The notes beneath the pieces were generated by a model. It did no database searches. It was given only the letters and a program-made list of their open reading frames with translations, and had not been told where the DNA came from. Of a stretch of DNA of 64,000 bases, positions 35,897 to 50,520 are shown in pieces; the first letter of the stretch is position 1; every line of letters starts with the position of its first letter. The stretch covers positions 2,656,001 to 2,720,000 of the forward strand of contig OZ253375.1 in NCBI GenBank assembly GCA_965261005.1, in the 5' to 3' direction. The DNA is from Deinococcus sp. Its GTDB lineage: Bacteria; Deinococcota; Deinococci; Deinococcales; Deinococcaceae. Position numbers and translations under genes: made by a program.

Positions 35897-38116
35897 ATGA
35901 GCGACTTTGAAGGTGACTATAAGCGGCGGCCCACGTCGCCGTTCGGGACCGCCGCCAAGCCGGCGGTTCCCAAGCCTGCCAGCGGTGATTACACCATTAA
36001 GTCGGCTGCTCTAAAAGCCGGCAAACCCTGGGAGCTAAGCTTCACCGGCGTTCAGGACGGCGTTACCTTCCACCTCCAACTCTCCCGCCTTTCCGACGGC
36101 CGTTTGACCGGACAGTACAGGGTCGAGGGTGGTCGGGCCAGACCTTGGCCCTTGCTCGGCAGCGTGCGCGAAGACGGCTCCTTCCGCCTGTGGGGCATTG
36201 ACAACAGCGCCGTGTTCGAGGGCACCTACGGCGCCGACAACGCCCTGCACATCGAAAAGTTTCACTTAAATCGAACAAATTTCCAAATTGAGGACCTGGA
36301 CCTGAAGCCCGAGGGGACGACCGGCCTCCAGACGGCAAAAGCCACCGACAAGACCAAGGTGGTCCGGCAGGTGCCGAGCACCGTGCCCAAGGCGGACGGC
36401 CAAGCGTGGGCGGGTCCCAAGACCTTCGAGGGCACCGACGCCCAAGGTGTCCACTTCGCGCTGAAGCTGAGCCGCGACGGGTTGGGCATGCTCGAAGGCA
36501 GCTATCAGGCGAACGGCGGGGAGTGGTGGGCGCTGAGGGGAACGCTCTACCGGGACGGACACCTTGAGGCGCGGGGCACGAACGGAGCGCGCTTTACGGG
36601 GCAGGTAGATCAGGCGGGAACAGGCTTGGCGTTGCGCGTTCACTTCCATCACTTGGTCACGGGCTATATGGGGGATCTGACCTTGGGCCAACGGGTTCAC
36701 GGCGCCTCCCCGCTGCCGCCTCGACCGGACATGAAAAGCAACACGACGGGACTGAAACAGCAGTCTCAAGATAAAGCGCCACGAGTCTCAAAGCTGTCTG
36801 ATTTGAGCCAGAAGTATCCCGACACTTCATTTGTGGTGCGACGCAGTGCATCTGGAGTTGCTTCTAAGCTTGAACGGCAGCGCGCATTTAATATTGTTAT
36901 TGCGGCCGCAAGGGATTGTGGAGAGCCTTTTCCAGAAGTTTTGGCGGCACAGTGGGCGCTGGAGAGTTCTTGGGGTCGTATCGAAAGTGGTAAGAACAAT
37001 CTGTTTGGCATTAAAGCCAGGCGGGGCGAACCATCAACTGAAGTGGTCACTCATGAAGAGGATTCGCGTGGTCAGAGGGAACGAACAACCGCACGTTTTA
37101 GGGATTATGACAGTGTGGTTGAGGGCGTTATGGCGAGGGTGGAGCTTACTCGACGCAATCCGGTTTACGCTCAGCATGGATATTTCACCGCGACAACCTC
37201 AAGACAGGCCGTGCAAGCCCTGAAAGCCGCCGGTTACGCTACAGATGGAGGATACGTACAGCTTATTGTTGGCGTTTTGAAGAGCATGGGTTGTGATGTA
37301 GACAAACCGGTTGTCGTGAGACAAGCTGTTCGTCCGCCTTCTCCGGGCGTTGAAATTGACACCTTGCCAAAACAGAAAAGTGTAGCACCAAAGAATAACA
37401 ACCTTTCCACTTTGATGAGCAAGGAAACGCTCAGTGTGGAAGAAGTTGCTGAGGCGCGATTGTTAATTGAACGCATTGACGACGTTCAATCCCGTGGAGA
37501 TATTTATTTACAGCTCCAGGGCAAGATTCCTTACCACAATCAACGTAATAATGCCAGCACGGAGCGCGGTAAGGACCTCGGTGACGCGATGTGTAACCTC
37601 ACGTCGTTGGCTATGGCTCTCGAAACGCTCGGAATAGACAACCCTGAACCGGAGCACTTTCCACAATTTGAAGATTTTCTGGAAGCTTTACGCGTCCGCA
37701 GAGAACTTCCAGCCCGTACTGCCATGGACGGTTGGGGAGGCGTGGCCAAGGCGATGGGCGCGCACTATCAACTTGTTGGTGGAGACGTGGTGACTGGTCA
37801 TACCGGCCAGTACGGCGCGGCTTGGTGGCACAAGCACATCTTGCCCGAGTTGCGTCAGGGAAAGGCTGTCACCATGAGCATAACGGGGCATATCGTCCGG
37901 GTCCAGGGCGTTGAAGAGGAGGGCCTCGTTGTGGACGACCCATACGGTATCTCTCGTCTCGATGCCGGCAAAAAGCGGGGATGGCGCAAGACCAACCGGA
38001 ACACCGGTCCTGAATCTGACGAAATGGTCGGGGCTGTCGGCAACGACGCGTTATGGAACTGGCAAGAGGTCGCTCAGCACACCATGCATTGGATTGCCGT
38101 ATTTAGCAAAAGATAG
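35897..38116 (+). CDS. Multidomain putative peptidoglycan-hydrolase effector: two N-terminal beta repeats + GH73 glucosaminidase + C39-like cysteine peptidase
   Basis: AAQWALESSWG, NNLFGIKA, FRDY, GYATD..Y (GH73); YHNQ...CNLTSLAMAL...GHIV...DDPYG (C39-like); no signal peptide. Confidence 0.8.
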   Translation: MSDFEGDYKRRPTSPFGTAAKPAVPKPASGDYTIKSAALKAGKPWELSFTGVQDGVTFHLQLSRLSDGRLTGQYRVEGGRARPWPLLGSVREDGSFRLWGIDNSAVFEGTYGADNALHIEKFHLNRTNFQIEDLDLKPEGTTGLQTAKATDKTKVVRQVPSTVPKADGQAWAGPKTFEGTDAQGVHFALKLSRDGLGMLEGSYQANGGEWWALRGTLYRDGHLEARGTNGARFTGQVDQAGTGLALRVHFHHLVTGYMGDLTLGQRVHGASPLPPRPDMKSNTTGLKQQSQDKAPRVSKLSDLSQKYPDTSFVVRRSASGVASKLERQRAFNIVIAAARDCGEPFPEVLAAQWALESSWGRIESGKNNLFGIKARRGEPSTEVVTHEEDSRGQRERTTARFRDYDSVVEGVMARVELTRRNPVYAQHGYFTATTSRQAVQALKAAGYATDGGYVQLIVGVLKSMGCDVDKPVVVRQAVRPPSPGVEIDTLPKQKSVAPKNNNLSTLMSKETLSVEEVAEARLLIERIDDVQSRGDIYLQLQGKIPYHNQRNNASTERGKDLGDAMCNLTSLAMALETLGIDNPEPEHFPQFEDFLEALRVRRELPARTAMDGWGGVAKAMGAHYQLVGGDVVTGHTGQYGAAWWHKHILPELRQGKAVTMSITGHIVRVQGVEEEGLVVDDPYGISRLDAGKKRGWRKTNRNTGPESDEMVGAVGNDALWNWQEVAQHTMHWIAVFSKR

Positions 38117-38153
38117 TCGTCAGACTGTTGTGTTGATATGAACAGGAGCTGCC

Positions 38154-38786
38154 ATGCGTGTCTATTTTTTAAAACCGAACCGCTCGTTCTACACTTCCGT
38201 CGTAAAAGTTGGCCTCTTGCTGATCATACAATTGGTTGGCGCTCAGGCTGACAAAGCACCGTCTAATGTCCTGGATTATTATAACGCGCTTCCTGCAACG
38301 CTTCTGCCCATTCTCAAGGGCGTCAGGGACCGCAGTACTCTCCTAAAAATTAAGGACGTTAAAAATGGCTACTTACGTTTAGAAGGAGCTTGGGATGGTT
38401 ACGCCGAAATCGCGCTGTGGAATAACCGAGTGGGCCAGAACCTTCTGGGAATCAACCAGACAAGCTGTGCCCCCGTGTGCGTACAGAACATCCACTTCGT
38501 ACGTCTTTTGAGTGGTGAGTGGGTGGACGTGACCAGCAAATCACTTCCGAAATTGACGGATCAGATGTTGCTTGACCGGTACAACAAACTAAAAACCAAA
38601 GAAGACGAAAACTATACCGTTAGAGACATCCTGCCGTTCATTTACAACCTTCCTCGTTTCGGAACCAAGATTGAGGTCGCCGTTGACGAGCAATTCACCG
38701 AGCGCCCGATCAAATTATTTGACTTGATTTTTTTGCCAGAGAAGCTTGCTTTTCGCGCGGTCGCCTCACAAGAAGGACGGCGATGA
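38154..38786 (+). CDS. Exported protein, putative immunity (DUF3256-like)
   Basis: Signal-like GLLLIIQLVGAQA; DVKNGYL, CAPVC, WVDVT, LPRFGT. Confidence 0.6.
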   Translation: MRVYFLKPNRSFYTSVVKVGLLLIIQLVGAQADKAPSNVLDYYNALPATLLPILKGVRDRSTLLKIKDVKNGYLRLEGAWDGYAEIALWNNRVGQNLLGINQTSCAPVCVQNIHFVRLLSGEWVDVTSKSLPKLTDQMLLDRYNKLKTKEDENYTVRDILPFIYNLPRFGTKIEVAVDEQFTERPIKLFDLIFLPEKLAFRAVASQEGRR

Positions 38787-39295
38787 AGTTTCACAGCTTC
38801 ATATTTTTCGCCCTGGCGACGAGCACGGCTGCCGGAGCAGGTGTCGCGGCGCCTGGCTTTAAAACTGTTTGCTTCGGTGCGCGCCACCTGTGCGTACAGG
38901 TGCCGTCCGCTTGGAGTGGGGCGGCCCTACGCACCCAGAGCGCCGGCGGTACCGACAAGATTGTCGCGGTGTACAAGGTTCACGCGGCGGGTCAGGATGT
39001 GGGCTTTCCCGAAGGATTCACCGCAACGGCCCGCTCAGTCGGACCCAAGCTCAATCTTGCGGCGGTGTACGCCGACACGGCCGACGAATTGGAAAGCTTG
39101 TCGTCCGACATCACCTACAGGCGGCTGACGAGTGACTGGTTCGTGCTGTCCGGCCACGACGCGAAAGGCTACATCTTCTACCTCAAGGGCGTTGCCGGCT
39201 CTGGCATCTACAAGGAACTCAACGTCTATTACCCACCCGGCAACGCCGCTTACTGGAGTCCGTTGCTCGGGCCGATGGGCAAGACGTTCCGGTAA
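38783..39295 (+). CDS. Exported protein, putative second immunity
   Basis: Signal peptide MKFHSFIFFALATSTAAGA; ATGA overlap with previous gene. Confidence 0.6.
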   Translation: MKFHSFIFFALATSTAAGAGVAAPGFKTVCFGARHLCVQVPSAWSGAALRTQSAGGTDKIVAVYKVHAAGQDVGFPEGFTATARSVGPKLNLAAVYADTADELESLSSDITYRRLTSDWFVLSGHDAKGYIFYLKGVAGSGIYKELNVYYPPGNAAYWSPLLGPMGKTFR

Positions 39296-39443
39296 GCGGT
39301 GCGCTCAAATCTCCTGCCGGTCGGCCTGGCTGAGCTACACTGAAGTTCGTAGCCGAGGAGTGGGTATGCGGACCATCAGCTCAACTTCGTTATCTGGGAC
39401 TGTGATCGGTGGTAGCCATGTTTAACGACGGGGTCGTGGTTGA

Positions 39444-41624
39444 ATGAATAATCACACCGAAAACTTCTTTACGAAGAAGCCAGAGGAACAGAACAGGCCC
39501 CAGCCGAGCAATCCGGCCACCCCTGCCGACCTCGCCAGGTTGCACAAGGCGACCGAGACGTTACTTTCGCGGATCGAGTCGGCACAAGATACGGAGGGCG
39601 TTCAGACTCCCTACCAGTTCGAATGGCCTGACTTTCCGCCCGGTACCAGCCTGGGCCACATGACCGAACTCTTCGGGCTGAGCGCGTTCGAGCAGCAGGT
39701 GTTGCTGTTGGCGCTGGCCGCCGAGGAACACCTGACGCTGTTTCGCAGGCTGTGCGCCCATGAGTTGGGCGGTGAGGCGTCCGTGAGCGAAGCGCAGCTC
39801 TCGCCCCTGATGCTGCGGCGCTGGTGCCTCGAGGCCGACCTGACCTCGCTCGAAGACGCCGGCACGCTCTTCACTTACGGCCTGTTACGCTCGCGCGACA
39901 CCGGCCTCGGCCGCAATTTGCGTGCGCTGACGCTCACGCCGGGGGCGTACCGCTGCCTGCTGGGCTTGGGGGGATGGGAGGGCGGGTTGCTGAACCCGCT
40001 AGGATCGTCCGGCGGCCTGAGCGCCAGGCAGAACCGCGACGCCGAAACGCTCGCCGGCGCGCTGAGGCCTGTTTCGCCCAGGGCCAAGGTGCCTGGGTCC
40101 AGGTCGCTTGGCGCCGGTTTCGGCGATGGCAAGGCGGCGTCCAGGGTGCCACTCGCAAACGTGTACGGCGACGTGCGCGGCGCTCTGGACGTGGTCGGCT
40201 CTGCGTTTGCGCAAGCAGGCTGGCCGGCTTACCAGGTGCGGCTGAACGAGGTGGTGCAGCAAGCCGGACTGGGGACGAGCGAGGCGTGGGCACAGCTCGA
40301 CGAGTTGGTGCGCGACGTGTTGCGCGAAAGCGCGTGGCGGCAACTCGCGCTGGTCGTGGTGACCGAAGACCGGCCGGAGGTGGGCAAGGCGGACGCGGAT
40401 AAGATCGCCGCGCGCTCCGCCCTGACGACCCTTCTGCAAGGCGTGCGTGGCCCCTTCGTCGTGGTGTCGCGTGAGCCGCTTCCGCTGCCAACCCAACAGG
40501 CCGTCACCGCCCTGGAGGTGGCCCGCCCCACGCCACACGAACAGTTTGAAACTTGGGCGCGCGCCCTCGGGTTGCCGGTAGCACAGGTGGAAGGGCGCGC
40601 CGCCAAGCAGTTGGGCCGGCTGGCCGGACAGTTCGACTTGTCCGGCGAGCAATTGTGGCGGGTGGGCCGCGACGCGCGCGCGGCGCTGGCGCAACTCGTT
40701 CAGGCTCAAGCTCCACACCTTCAATCGGTCCCGGACGACAAAGAGCTTGTCGCCACCGAGGAGCGGCGCCTGGTTCTGATTGAGCAGGCGTGGGTCGCCT
40801 GTCGCCGGGCGGGCCGCTCGGCCATGGCGGGGGCGCGTCCGCTGGCCGAGCACCTCAGCAGCCAGACCGAGTGGGACGACCTGATTCTCCCCGCCGCCGA
40901 CCAAGAGGTGTTGCGCGAAATGGTGCTGCATGTGCGCGAGCGCCATGCGGTCCAGCGCTTGCTGGGAGCGGGGGCTTGGCGCGAGGGCGGCATCGTGGCG
41001 CTGTTTTCCGGCCCCAGCGGCACCGGCAAGACCTACGCCGCCGAGGTGCTGGCGCGCGAACTTGAGCTTGACTTGTACCGGGTGGACTTGTCGCAGCTGA
41101 GCAGCAAGTGGATCGGCGAAACTGAAAAGAACCTCGCCAAGCTCTTCGACGCGGCGGACGAGGGCGGCGTGGTGCTGCTCTTCGACGAGGCCGACAGCGT
41201 CTTTGGCAAGCGCGGCGACGGCGGCGACGCCGGCGGGCGCCACGCCAACATGCAGACCAACTACTTGCTTCAGCGCTTGGAGGCGTACCGGGGCTTGGCA
41301 ATCCTTACTACCAACCTGCCCAGGAGCATTGACTCCGCCTTTTTGCGGCGCATCCGCTTTGAGCTGAGCTTTCGCGAGCCGGGTACGCCCGAGCGCTTGT
41401 TGCTGTGGCAGCGCGCCTTTCCAGCGGGCGCTCCCCTCGGTGAGGTGGACTTTCTGGAACTCGCCCAGCTCAAGCTGACCGGCGCCAACATCAAGCGCGC
41501 CGCCCTGCACGCCCTCTACCTCTCGGCGGCGCAGGACGCCCCCATTGATCAAGTGATGCTGCGCCTGAGTACCAAGCGCGAGCTGCGCAAGCTCGGCCGC
41601 CTGTCGCTCGACTTGGCCGATTGA
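39444..41624 (+). CDS. Afp15/Pvc15-like AAA+ ATPase
   Basis: [57 protein letters not shown]-terminal FGLSAFE..LLLALA helical domain; degenerate first AAA module. Confidence 0.85.
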   Translation: MNNHTENFFTKKPEEQNRPQPSNPATPADLARLHKATETLLSRIESAQDTEGVQTPYQFEWPDFPPGTSLGHMTELFGLSAFEQQVLLLALAAEEHLTLFRRLCAHELGGEASVSEAQLSPLMLRRWCLEADLTSLEDAGTLFTYGLLRSRDTGLGRNLRALTLTPGAYRCLLGLGGWEGGLLNPLGSSGGLSARQNRDAETLAGALRPVSPRAKVPGSRSLGAGFGDGKAASRVPLANVYGDVRGALDVVGSAFAQAGWPAYQVRLNEVVQQAGLGTSEAWAQLDELVRDVLRESAWRQLALVVVTEDRPEVGKADADKIAARSALTTLLQGVRGPFVVVSREPLPLPTQQAVTALEVARPTPHEQFETWARALGLPVAQVEGRAAKQLGRLAGQFDLSGEQLWRVGRDARAALAQLVQAQAPHLQSVPDDKELVATEERRLVLIEQAWVACRRAGRSAMAGARPLAEHLSSQTEWDDLILPAADQEVLREMVLHVRERHAVQRLLGAGAWREGGIVALFSGPSGTGKTYAAEVLARELELDLYRVDLSQLSSKWIGETEKNLAKLFDAADEGGVVLLFDEADSVFGKRGDGGDAGGRHANMQTNYLLQRLEAYRGLAILTTNLPRSIDSAFLRRIRFELSFREPGTPERLLLWQRAFPAGAPLGEVDFLELAQLKLTGANIKRAALHALYLSAAQDAPIDQVMLRLSTKRELRKLGRLSLDLAD

Positions 41625-41700
41625 AGACTTGGCCGGCTGAAGAGAGCGTGGGCAAGAAGACCAACCCGCCAAATCGGCCGTTTTCTGCTCTTCGCGCGTC

Positions 41701-41730
41701 TTGCGCCCGCACGCTTGGGGGCGCTAAGAT
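41701..41730 (+). promoter_or_regulatory. Promoter of str operon
   Basis: TTGCGC-18-TAAGAT about 180 nt upstream of rpsL. Confidence 0.5.
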
Positions 41731-41913
41731 GTGCAGGCTGGAAACTCTGCCGGTCAGATTGCGGCCGGCGTTTCTGCGGACCTTTCCCAAACGGGGTGCT
41801 TCCAGAGTGTTCTTCGCTCACAGAAGCCGTGCTGACCGGACGGGACGGGCAAAACTTTAAGAGACCAGTAGAGCCTCCTATCCACTCCACATCCACAAAG
41901 GAAGTGAACCAGC

Positions 41914-42318
41914 TTGCCTACCGTTCAGCAACTTCTGCGCAAGGGCCGCGCCACGCTGCGCAAGAAAACCAAGGTGCCGGCCCTCAAGAGCAGCCCTCAG
42001 CGGCGCGGTGTCTGCACCGTCGTCAAGACCACTACCCCCAAAAAGCCCAACTCGGCGCTGCGTAAAATTGCGCGCGTGCGCCTGACCAGTGGCTTTGAGG
42101 TCACGGCCTACATTCCCGGCGAGGGCCACAACCTTCAGGAGCACAGCGTGGTCCTGATTCGCGGCGGGCGCGTCAAGGACCTGCCCGGCGTGCGCTACCA
42201 CATCGTGCGCGGCACCTTAGACACCGCCGGCGTCAAGGACCGCAACAAGAGCCGCTCCAAGTACGGCACCAAGAAGCCCAAAGCCGGCGCCGCCGCCGCC
42301 GCCACAAAGAGGAGGTAG
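41914..42318 (+). CDS. rpsL: 30S protein S12
   Basis: [23 protein letters not shown] start. Confidence 0.98.
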   Translation: MPTVQQLLRKGRATLRKKTKVPALKSSPQRRGVCTVVKTTTPKKPNSALRKIARVRLTSGFEVTAYIPGEGHNLQEHSVVLIRGGRVKDLPGVRYHIVRGTLDTAGVKDRNKSRSKYGTKKPKAGAAAAATKRR

Positions 42319-42321
42319 CGC

Positions 42322-42792
42322 ATGGCCCGCCGCCGTAGAGCTGAAGTCCGCCCCCTACAACCCGATTTGGTGTACAGCGACGTGGTCGTCAGCGCCATGA
42401 TCAACCGTCTGATGAGCGACGGCAAGAAGAACCTGGCCAGCCGCATCTTTTACGGCGCCTGCCGCCTGATTCAGGAGCGCACCGGCCAGGAACCCCTCAA
42501 GGTGTTCCGTCAAGCCTTTGACAACGTCAAGCCGCGCGTCGAGGTGAGGTCGCGCCGCGTCGGCGGCAGCACCTACCAGGTGCCCGTCGAGGTCAACCCG
42601 CGCCGGGTGCAGAGCCTCGCGCTGCGCTGGATTCTGCTGGCCAGCAACGGCCGCCCCGAGCGCACCGCCGTCGAGCGCTTGGCCGGCGAATTGATGGACG
42701 CCGCACAGGGCCGCGGCGGCGCCATCAAGAAAAAAGATGACATCGAGCGCATGGCCGAGGCCAACCGCGCTTACGCTCACTACCGCTGGTAA
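42322..42792 (+). CDS. rpsG: 30S protein S7
   Basis: [25 protein letters not shown]. Confidence 0.98.
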   Translation: MARRRRAEVRPLQPDLVYSDVVVSAMINRLMSDGKKNLASRIFYGACRLIQERTGQEPLKVFRQAFDNVKPRVEVRSRRVGGSTYQVPVEVNPRRVQSLALRWILLASNGRPERTAVERLAGELMDAAQGRGGAIKKKDDIERMAEANRAYAHYRW

Positions 42793-42876
42793 CGGCAAGG
42801 CAACGTTCAAGAGGTCGCCAGCGCCCCCGCGACGTTGGCGACCTTACGGTGGTTGGGGTGAAAGGAGGTGAGACCC

Positions 42877-42995
42877 ATGCATCAAGACGACGCGGCAGAA
42901 GACGTTTCATCACGGTTTTTTGCCGGTTTACGCCTTATTCCGGGTTTCACGCCCGGACATCCCAACACGCCACGCCGACCCTTCAAAGAGGACTT

Positions 42996-42999
<4 letters not shown>
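42877..42999 (+). CDS. Putative 40-aa uORF coupled to fusA
   Basis: SD AAAGGAGGTGA at 42861-42871; [40 protein letters not shown]; stop overlaps fusA ATG (ATGA). Confidence 0.45.
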
Positions 43000-45080
<2,081 letters not shown>

Positions 45081-45139
45081 GCCGCGAGAGGCGAAGGGCC
45101 AGGGACATGTTCCCTGGCCCCGCACTTTTGGAGGAAGAC

Positions 45140-45619
45140 ATGGGCCGACGGCCGACGCTGTCTTTGCTGTGTGGCCTGCCCGGCTCGGGCAAAACGACCT
45201 TTGCCCGGCAGCTTGAAGGGGAGGGCGCCATCCGCTTTTCTGCCGATGAGTGGATGGTGCCGCTGTTCGGCCAGCATATGAAGCGCGAAACGTTCGACGC
45301 GCGTCTGGTGCAGATCAAAGTCTTACAGCGAGACCTGGCCGGGCGGCTGCTGACTCTCGGGGTGAACGTCGTACTGGACTGGGGCTTCTGGACACACGCC
45401 GAGCGCGAGGCTTACCGCATGTGGGGAAGCGCGCTGGGCGCCGAGGTCGTGTTGTACTTTTTCGACTTACAGGGGGCAGAGTTACTGCGCCGCCTCAGCG
45501 CGAGAAACGCCAAATTGCCCGATGGAACGTTCGAGATTGATGAGAAGGCGCTGGCGCTGTTCGAGGGCTTGTTCGAGCGGCCGGGCGAGGACGAGCATCC
45601 CCAAATTTCACACTTCTGA
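45140..45619 (+). CDS. Small P-loop kinase-like protein (AAA_33 type)
   Basis: CGLPGSGKTT, DEWM, VVLDWGFW..ER, FERP; RBS GGAGG. Confidence 0.82.
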   Translation: MGRRPTLSLLCGLPGSGKTTFARQLEGEGAIRFSADEWMVPLFGQHMKRETFDARLVQIKVLQRDLAGRLLTLGVNVVLDWGFWTHAEREAYRMWGSALGAEVVLYFFDLQGAELLRRLSARNAKLPDGTFEIDEKALALFEGLFERPGEDEHPQISHF

Positions 45620-45621
45620 CC

Positions 45622-45650
45622 TTGCCTTCTCCCGCCGCGTGCGGTACACT
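45622..45650 (+). promoter_or_regulatory. Promoter of tuf-S10 operon
   Basis: TTGCCT-17-TACACT. Confidence 0.6.
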
Positions 45651-45821
45651 TCCCAATTGGTGCGCCGAGCAAAGGCGGAGGTGCGCTTTTGTGCCGAGCA
45701 GGCGTCGCGCGCATGGGGCGCGCGAGACCCCCGGCGAGAGACAACCAATGTGGGCACCCCACCTGATCCAGGCAACTGGCGTTTGGTTGGGACTTGTCCA
45801 CCGCTTGGAGGATGAATTTGT

Positions 45822-47038
<1,217 letters not shown>

Positions 47039-47039
<1 letters not shown>

Positions 47040-47362
47040 TGGTCGCGCCCAAGATTCGCATCAAGCTGCGCGCCTTTGACCACAAGGCCCTCGACACCTC
47101 GGCCAGCAAGATCGTGGACACTGTGCGCCGCACCGGGGCCACGGTGTCGGGGCCGGTGCCGCTGCCGACGCGCATTCGCCGCTTCACGGTGCTGCGCTCA
47201 CCCTTTGTCAACAAGGACAGTCGCGAGCACTTCGAGATTCGCACCCACAACCGCTTGGTGGACATTGAGAACCCTACCAAGAAGACGATTGACTCGCTGA
47301 TGACCCTGGACCTGCCGACTGGCGTGGATATCGAGATCAAGACGGTGGGAGGCCGGGGATGA
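47039..47362 (+). CDS. rpsJ: 30S protein S10
   Basis: [17 protein letters not shown]; synteny. Confidence 0.97.
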
Positions 47363-47979
47363 AGGGCATTCTCGGCACCAAGGTCGGCATGACCCAGGTG
47401 TGGCGCGGCGACCGCGTGGTTCCCGTGACGGTCGTGCTGGCCGGGCCGTGCCCGGTGGTGCAGCGCAAAAACGCCGCCACCGACGGCTACGACGCGGTGC
47501 AGGTGGGCTTCGCGCCGAAGAGCGAGAAGCGCATCAACAAGCCCGACCTCGGCCACCTCAAAAAGGCGGGTGTAGCGGGCGTGCGCTACCTACGTGAATT
47601 TCGCGACTTCGCCCCTGAGGGGGACGCCATCACGGCGGACGTGTTCGCCCAGGGCGAAAAAATTGACGTGACCGGCACCTCCAAGGGCAAGGGCACCCAG
47701 GGCGTCATGAAGAAGTGGCACTTCTCGGGCGGCCCGGCCAGCCACGGCTCCAAGAAGTGGCACCGCCGCCCCGGCTCCATCGGTCAGCGCAAAACGCCCG
47801 GCCGGGTGTACAAGGGGAAGCGCATGGCGGGCCGCATGGGCAACGAGCGCATCACGGTGCAGAACCTGGAGGTCGTGGAGGTGCGCCCGGACGAGAACCT
47901 GATTCTGGTCAAGGGCGCGCTGCCCGGCCACAACGGCGCCCTGGTGATCCTACGGGCGGCCGTCAAGGGAGGCAAGTGA
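47359..47979 (+). CDS. rplC: 50S protein L3
   Basis: [20 protein letters not shown]. Confidence 0.97.
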   Translation: MKGILGTKVGMTQVWRGDRVVPVTVVLAGPCPVVQRKNAATDGYDAVQVGFAPKSEKRINKPDLGHLKKAGVAGVRYLREFRDFAPEGDAITADVFAQGEKIDVTGTSKGKGTQGVMKKWHFSGGPASHGSKKWHRRPGSIGQRKTPGRVYKGKRMAGRMGNERITVQNLEVVEVRPDENLILVKGALPGHNGALVILRAAVKGGK

Positions 47980-48650
47980 TGGCGCAGATCAACGTGGTGG
48001 GTGCGGGCGGTGGGCGCACCATCGATCTCGACCTGCCCAAGGTGAACCCCGGCCTGCTGCACGACGTGGTCGCTTGGCAGCTCGCCAAGCGCCGCCAAGG
48101 CAGCGCCAGCACCAAGACCCGCGCCCAGGTGGCGCGCACCGGCAAGAAGATGTACAGCCAAAAGGGCACCGGCAACGCCCGCCACGGCAGCCGGGCCGCC
48201 CCCATCTTCGTGGGCGGCGGCGTCGCCTTCGGCCCCAAGCCGCGCGACTACGGCTACTCGCTGCCGAAGAAGGTGCGCCAGTTGGGCTTGGCGATGGCCC
48301 TGTCCGACCGCGCCGAGAGCGGCAAGCTGCTGGCAGTGGACGGCTTCAGCGTGAATGGCGAGGCCCTCGACGGCCGGACCAAAAGCTTCCTGCGCTGGGC
48401 TTCGGATCAGGGGATGGACGGCTCCGAGCGAGTCTTCCTGGTGACGGACGACGAATTGGTGCGGCGTGGCGCGCGCAACTTGGCCTGGGTCACGCCCCTG
48501 CCAGTGGCGGGCCTGAACGTCTACGACATCCTGCGCCACGACCGCTTGGTGATCGACGCCAGCGTGCTGACCATGGCGCCCGCTCAAGACACGGCCCCCG
48601 CCCAAGAAGTGGCGCCAACTCAGGAACCAGGGCAGGAGGCGGCCCAGTGA
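47979..48650 (+). CDS. rplD: 50S protein L4
   Basis: [21 protein letters not shown]. Confidence 0.96.
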   Translation: MAQINVVGAGGGRTIDLDLPKVNPGLLHDVVAWQLAKRRQGSASTKTRAQVARTGKKMYSQKGTGNARHGSRAAPIFVGGGVAFGPKPRDYGYSLPKKVRQLGLAMALSDRAESGKLLAVDGFSVNGEALDGRTKSFLRWASDQGMDGSERVFLVTDDELVRRGARNLAWVTPLPVAGLNVYDILRHDRLVIDASVLTMAPAQDTAPAQEVAPTQEPGQEAAQ

Positions 48651-48937
48651 GCAGCTTTTACGACGTGATCAAAGCCCCGGTGATCTCCGAAAAGGCCTAC
48701 GCGGGCATGGCGCGCGGGGTCTACTCCTTTTGGGTGGAGCCGGACGCCAACAAGACGCAGATCAAGAACGCGCTGCAACAGGCTTTTGGCGTCAGGGTGG
48801 TCAAGATCAACACCATGAACGTCGAGGGCAAGAAGAAGCGCGTCGGCCGCTTTGAGGGCTACCGCCCCGACCGCAAAAAGGCCGTCGTCGTGCTCGCCGA
48901 GGGCCAGAAGATCGAGGCCCTTGAGGGTCTGGTCTAA
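48647..48937 (+). CDS. rplW: 50S protein L23
   Basis: PVISEKA, ANKTQIK, KKAVV; GTG start. Confidence 0.96.
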   Translation: MSSFYDVIKAPVISEKAYAGMARGVYSFWVEPDANKTQIKNALQQAFGVRVVKINTMNVEGKKKRVGRFEGYRPDRKKAVVVLAEGQKIEALEGLV

Positions 48938-48957
48938 GGACCGAGGAGACGACTTAT

Positions 48958-49791
48958 ATGCCGATCAAGAAGTACCGTCCCTACACGCCCTCGCGGCGTT
49001 TTATGACCACGGCGGACTTTTCCGGGCTGACCAAGAAGCGCCCCGAGAAGAGCCTGACCGAGACCATCGCCAAGACCGGCGGTCGCAACAACCGCGGCCG
49101 GGTGACTAGCCGCTTTATCGGCGGCGGCCACAAGCGGCTGTACCGCGTCATTGACTTCAAGCGGCGCGACAAGGCGGGCGTGCCGGCGAAGGTGGCGGCG
49201 CTGGAGTACGACCCCAACCGCAGCGCCCGCATCGCCCTGCTGCACTACGCCGACGGCGAAAAGCGTTACGTGCTGGCCCCCGAGCGGCTGGAGATCGGCG
49301 CGACCGTGATGAGCGGCCCCGAGGCCGTGCCGACCGTGGGCAACGCCCTGCCGCTGCGCTTCGTGCCGGTGGGCGCGGTTGTTCACGCGGTCGAGCTGAT
49401 CCCCGGCCGGGGAGCGCAGCTCGCGCGCAGCGCCGGCACCAGCATTCAGCTTCAGGGCAAGGAGGGCGACTACGTCGTGCTGCGCCTGCCCTCCGGCGAA
49501 CTGCGCCGGGTTCACACCGAGTGCTACGCGACCATCGGTAGCGTCGGCAACGCCGACCACAAGAACGTCACCCTCGGCAAGGCCGGCCGCTCGCGCTGGC
49601 TGGGCCGCAAGCCGCACCAGCGCGGCAGCTCGATGAACCCGGTGGACCACCCGCACGGCGGCGGCGAAGGGCGTACCGGCATCGGCCGCCAGCCGGTGAC
49701 GCCGTGGGGCCAGCCGACCAAGGGCCTCAAGACCCGCAAAAAGCGTAAGGTGTCCGACCGCTTCATCGTCTCGCGCCGGGCGACCAAGTAA
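48958..49791 (+). CDS. rplB: 50S protein L2
   Basis: [24 protein letters not shown]. Confidence 0.98.
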   Translation: MPIKKYRPYTPSRRFMTTADFSGLTKKRPEKSLTETIAKTGGRNNRGRVTSRFIGGGHKRLYRVIDFKRRDKAGVPAKVAALEYDPNRSARIALLHYADGEKRYVLAPERLEIGATVMSGPEAVPTVGNALPLRFVPVGAVVHAVELIPGRGAQLARSAGTSIQLQGKEGDYVVLRLPSGELRRVHTECYATIGSVGNADHKNVTLGKAGRSRWLGRKPHQRGSSMNPVDHPHGGGEGRTGIGRQPVTPWGQPTKGLKTRKKRKVSDRFIVSRRATK

Positions 49792-49804
49792 AGGAGCGTG
49801 AATC

Positions 49805-50509
<705 letters not shown>

Positions 50510-50520
<11 letters not shown>

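Noticed and set aside
42861..42876. AAAGGAGGTGA as a reverse-strand 16S rRNA 3'-end fragment
   Set aside because: The match stops after the anti-SD complement; better explained as a ribosome-binding site.
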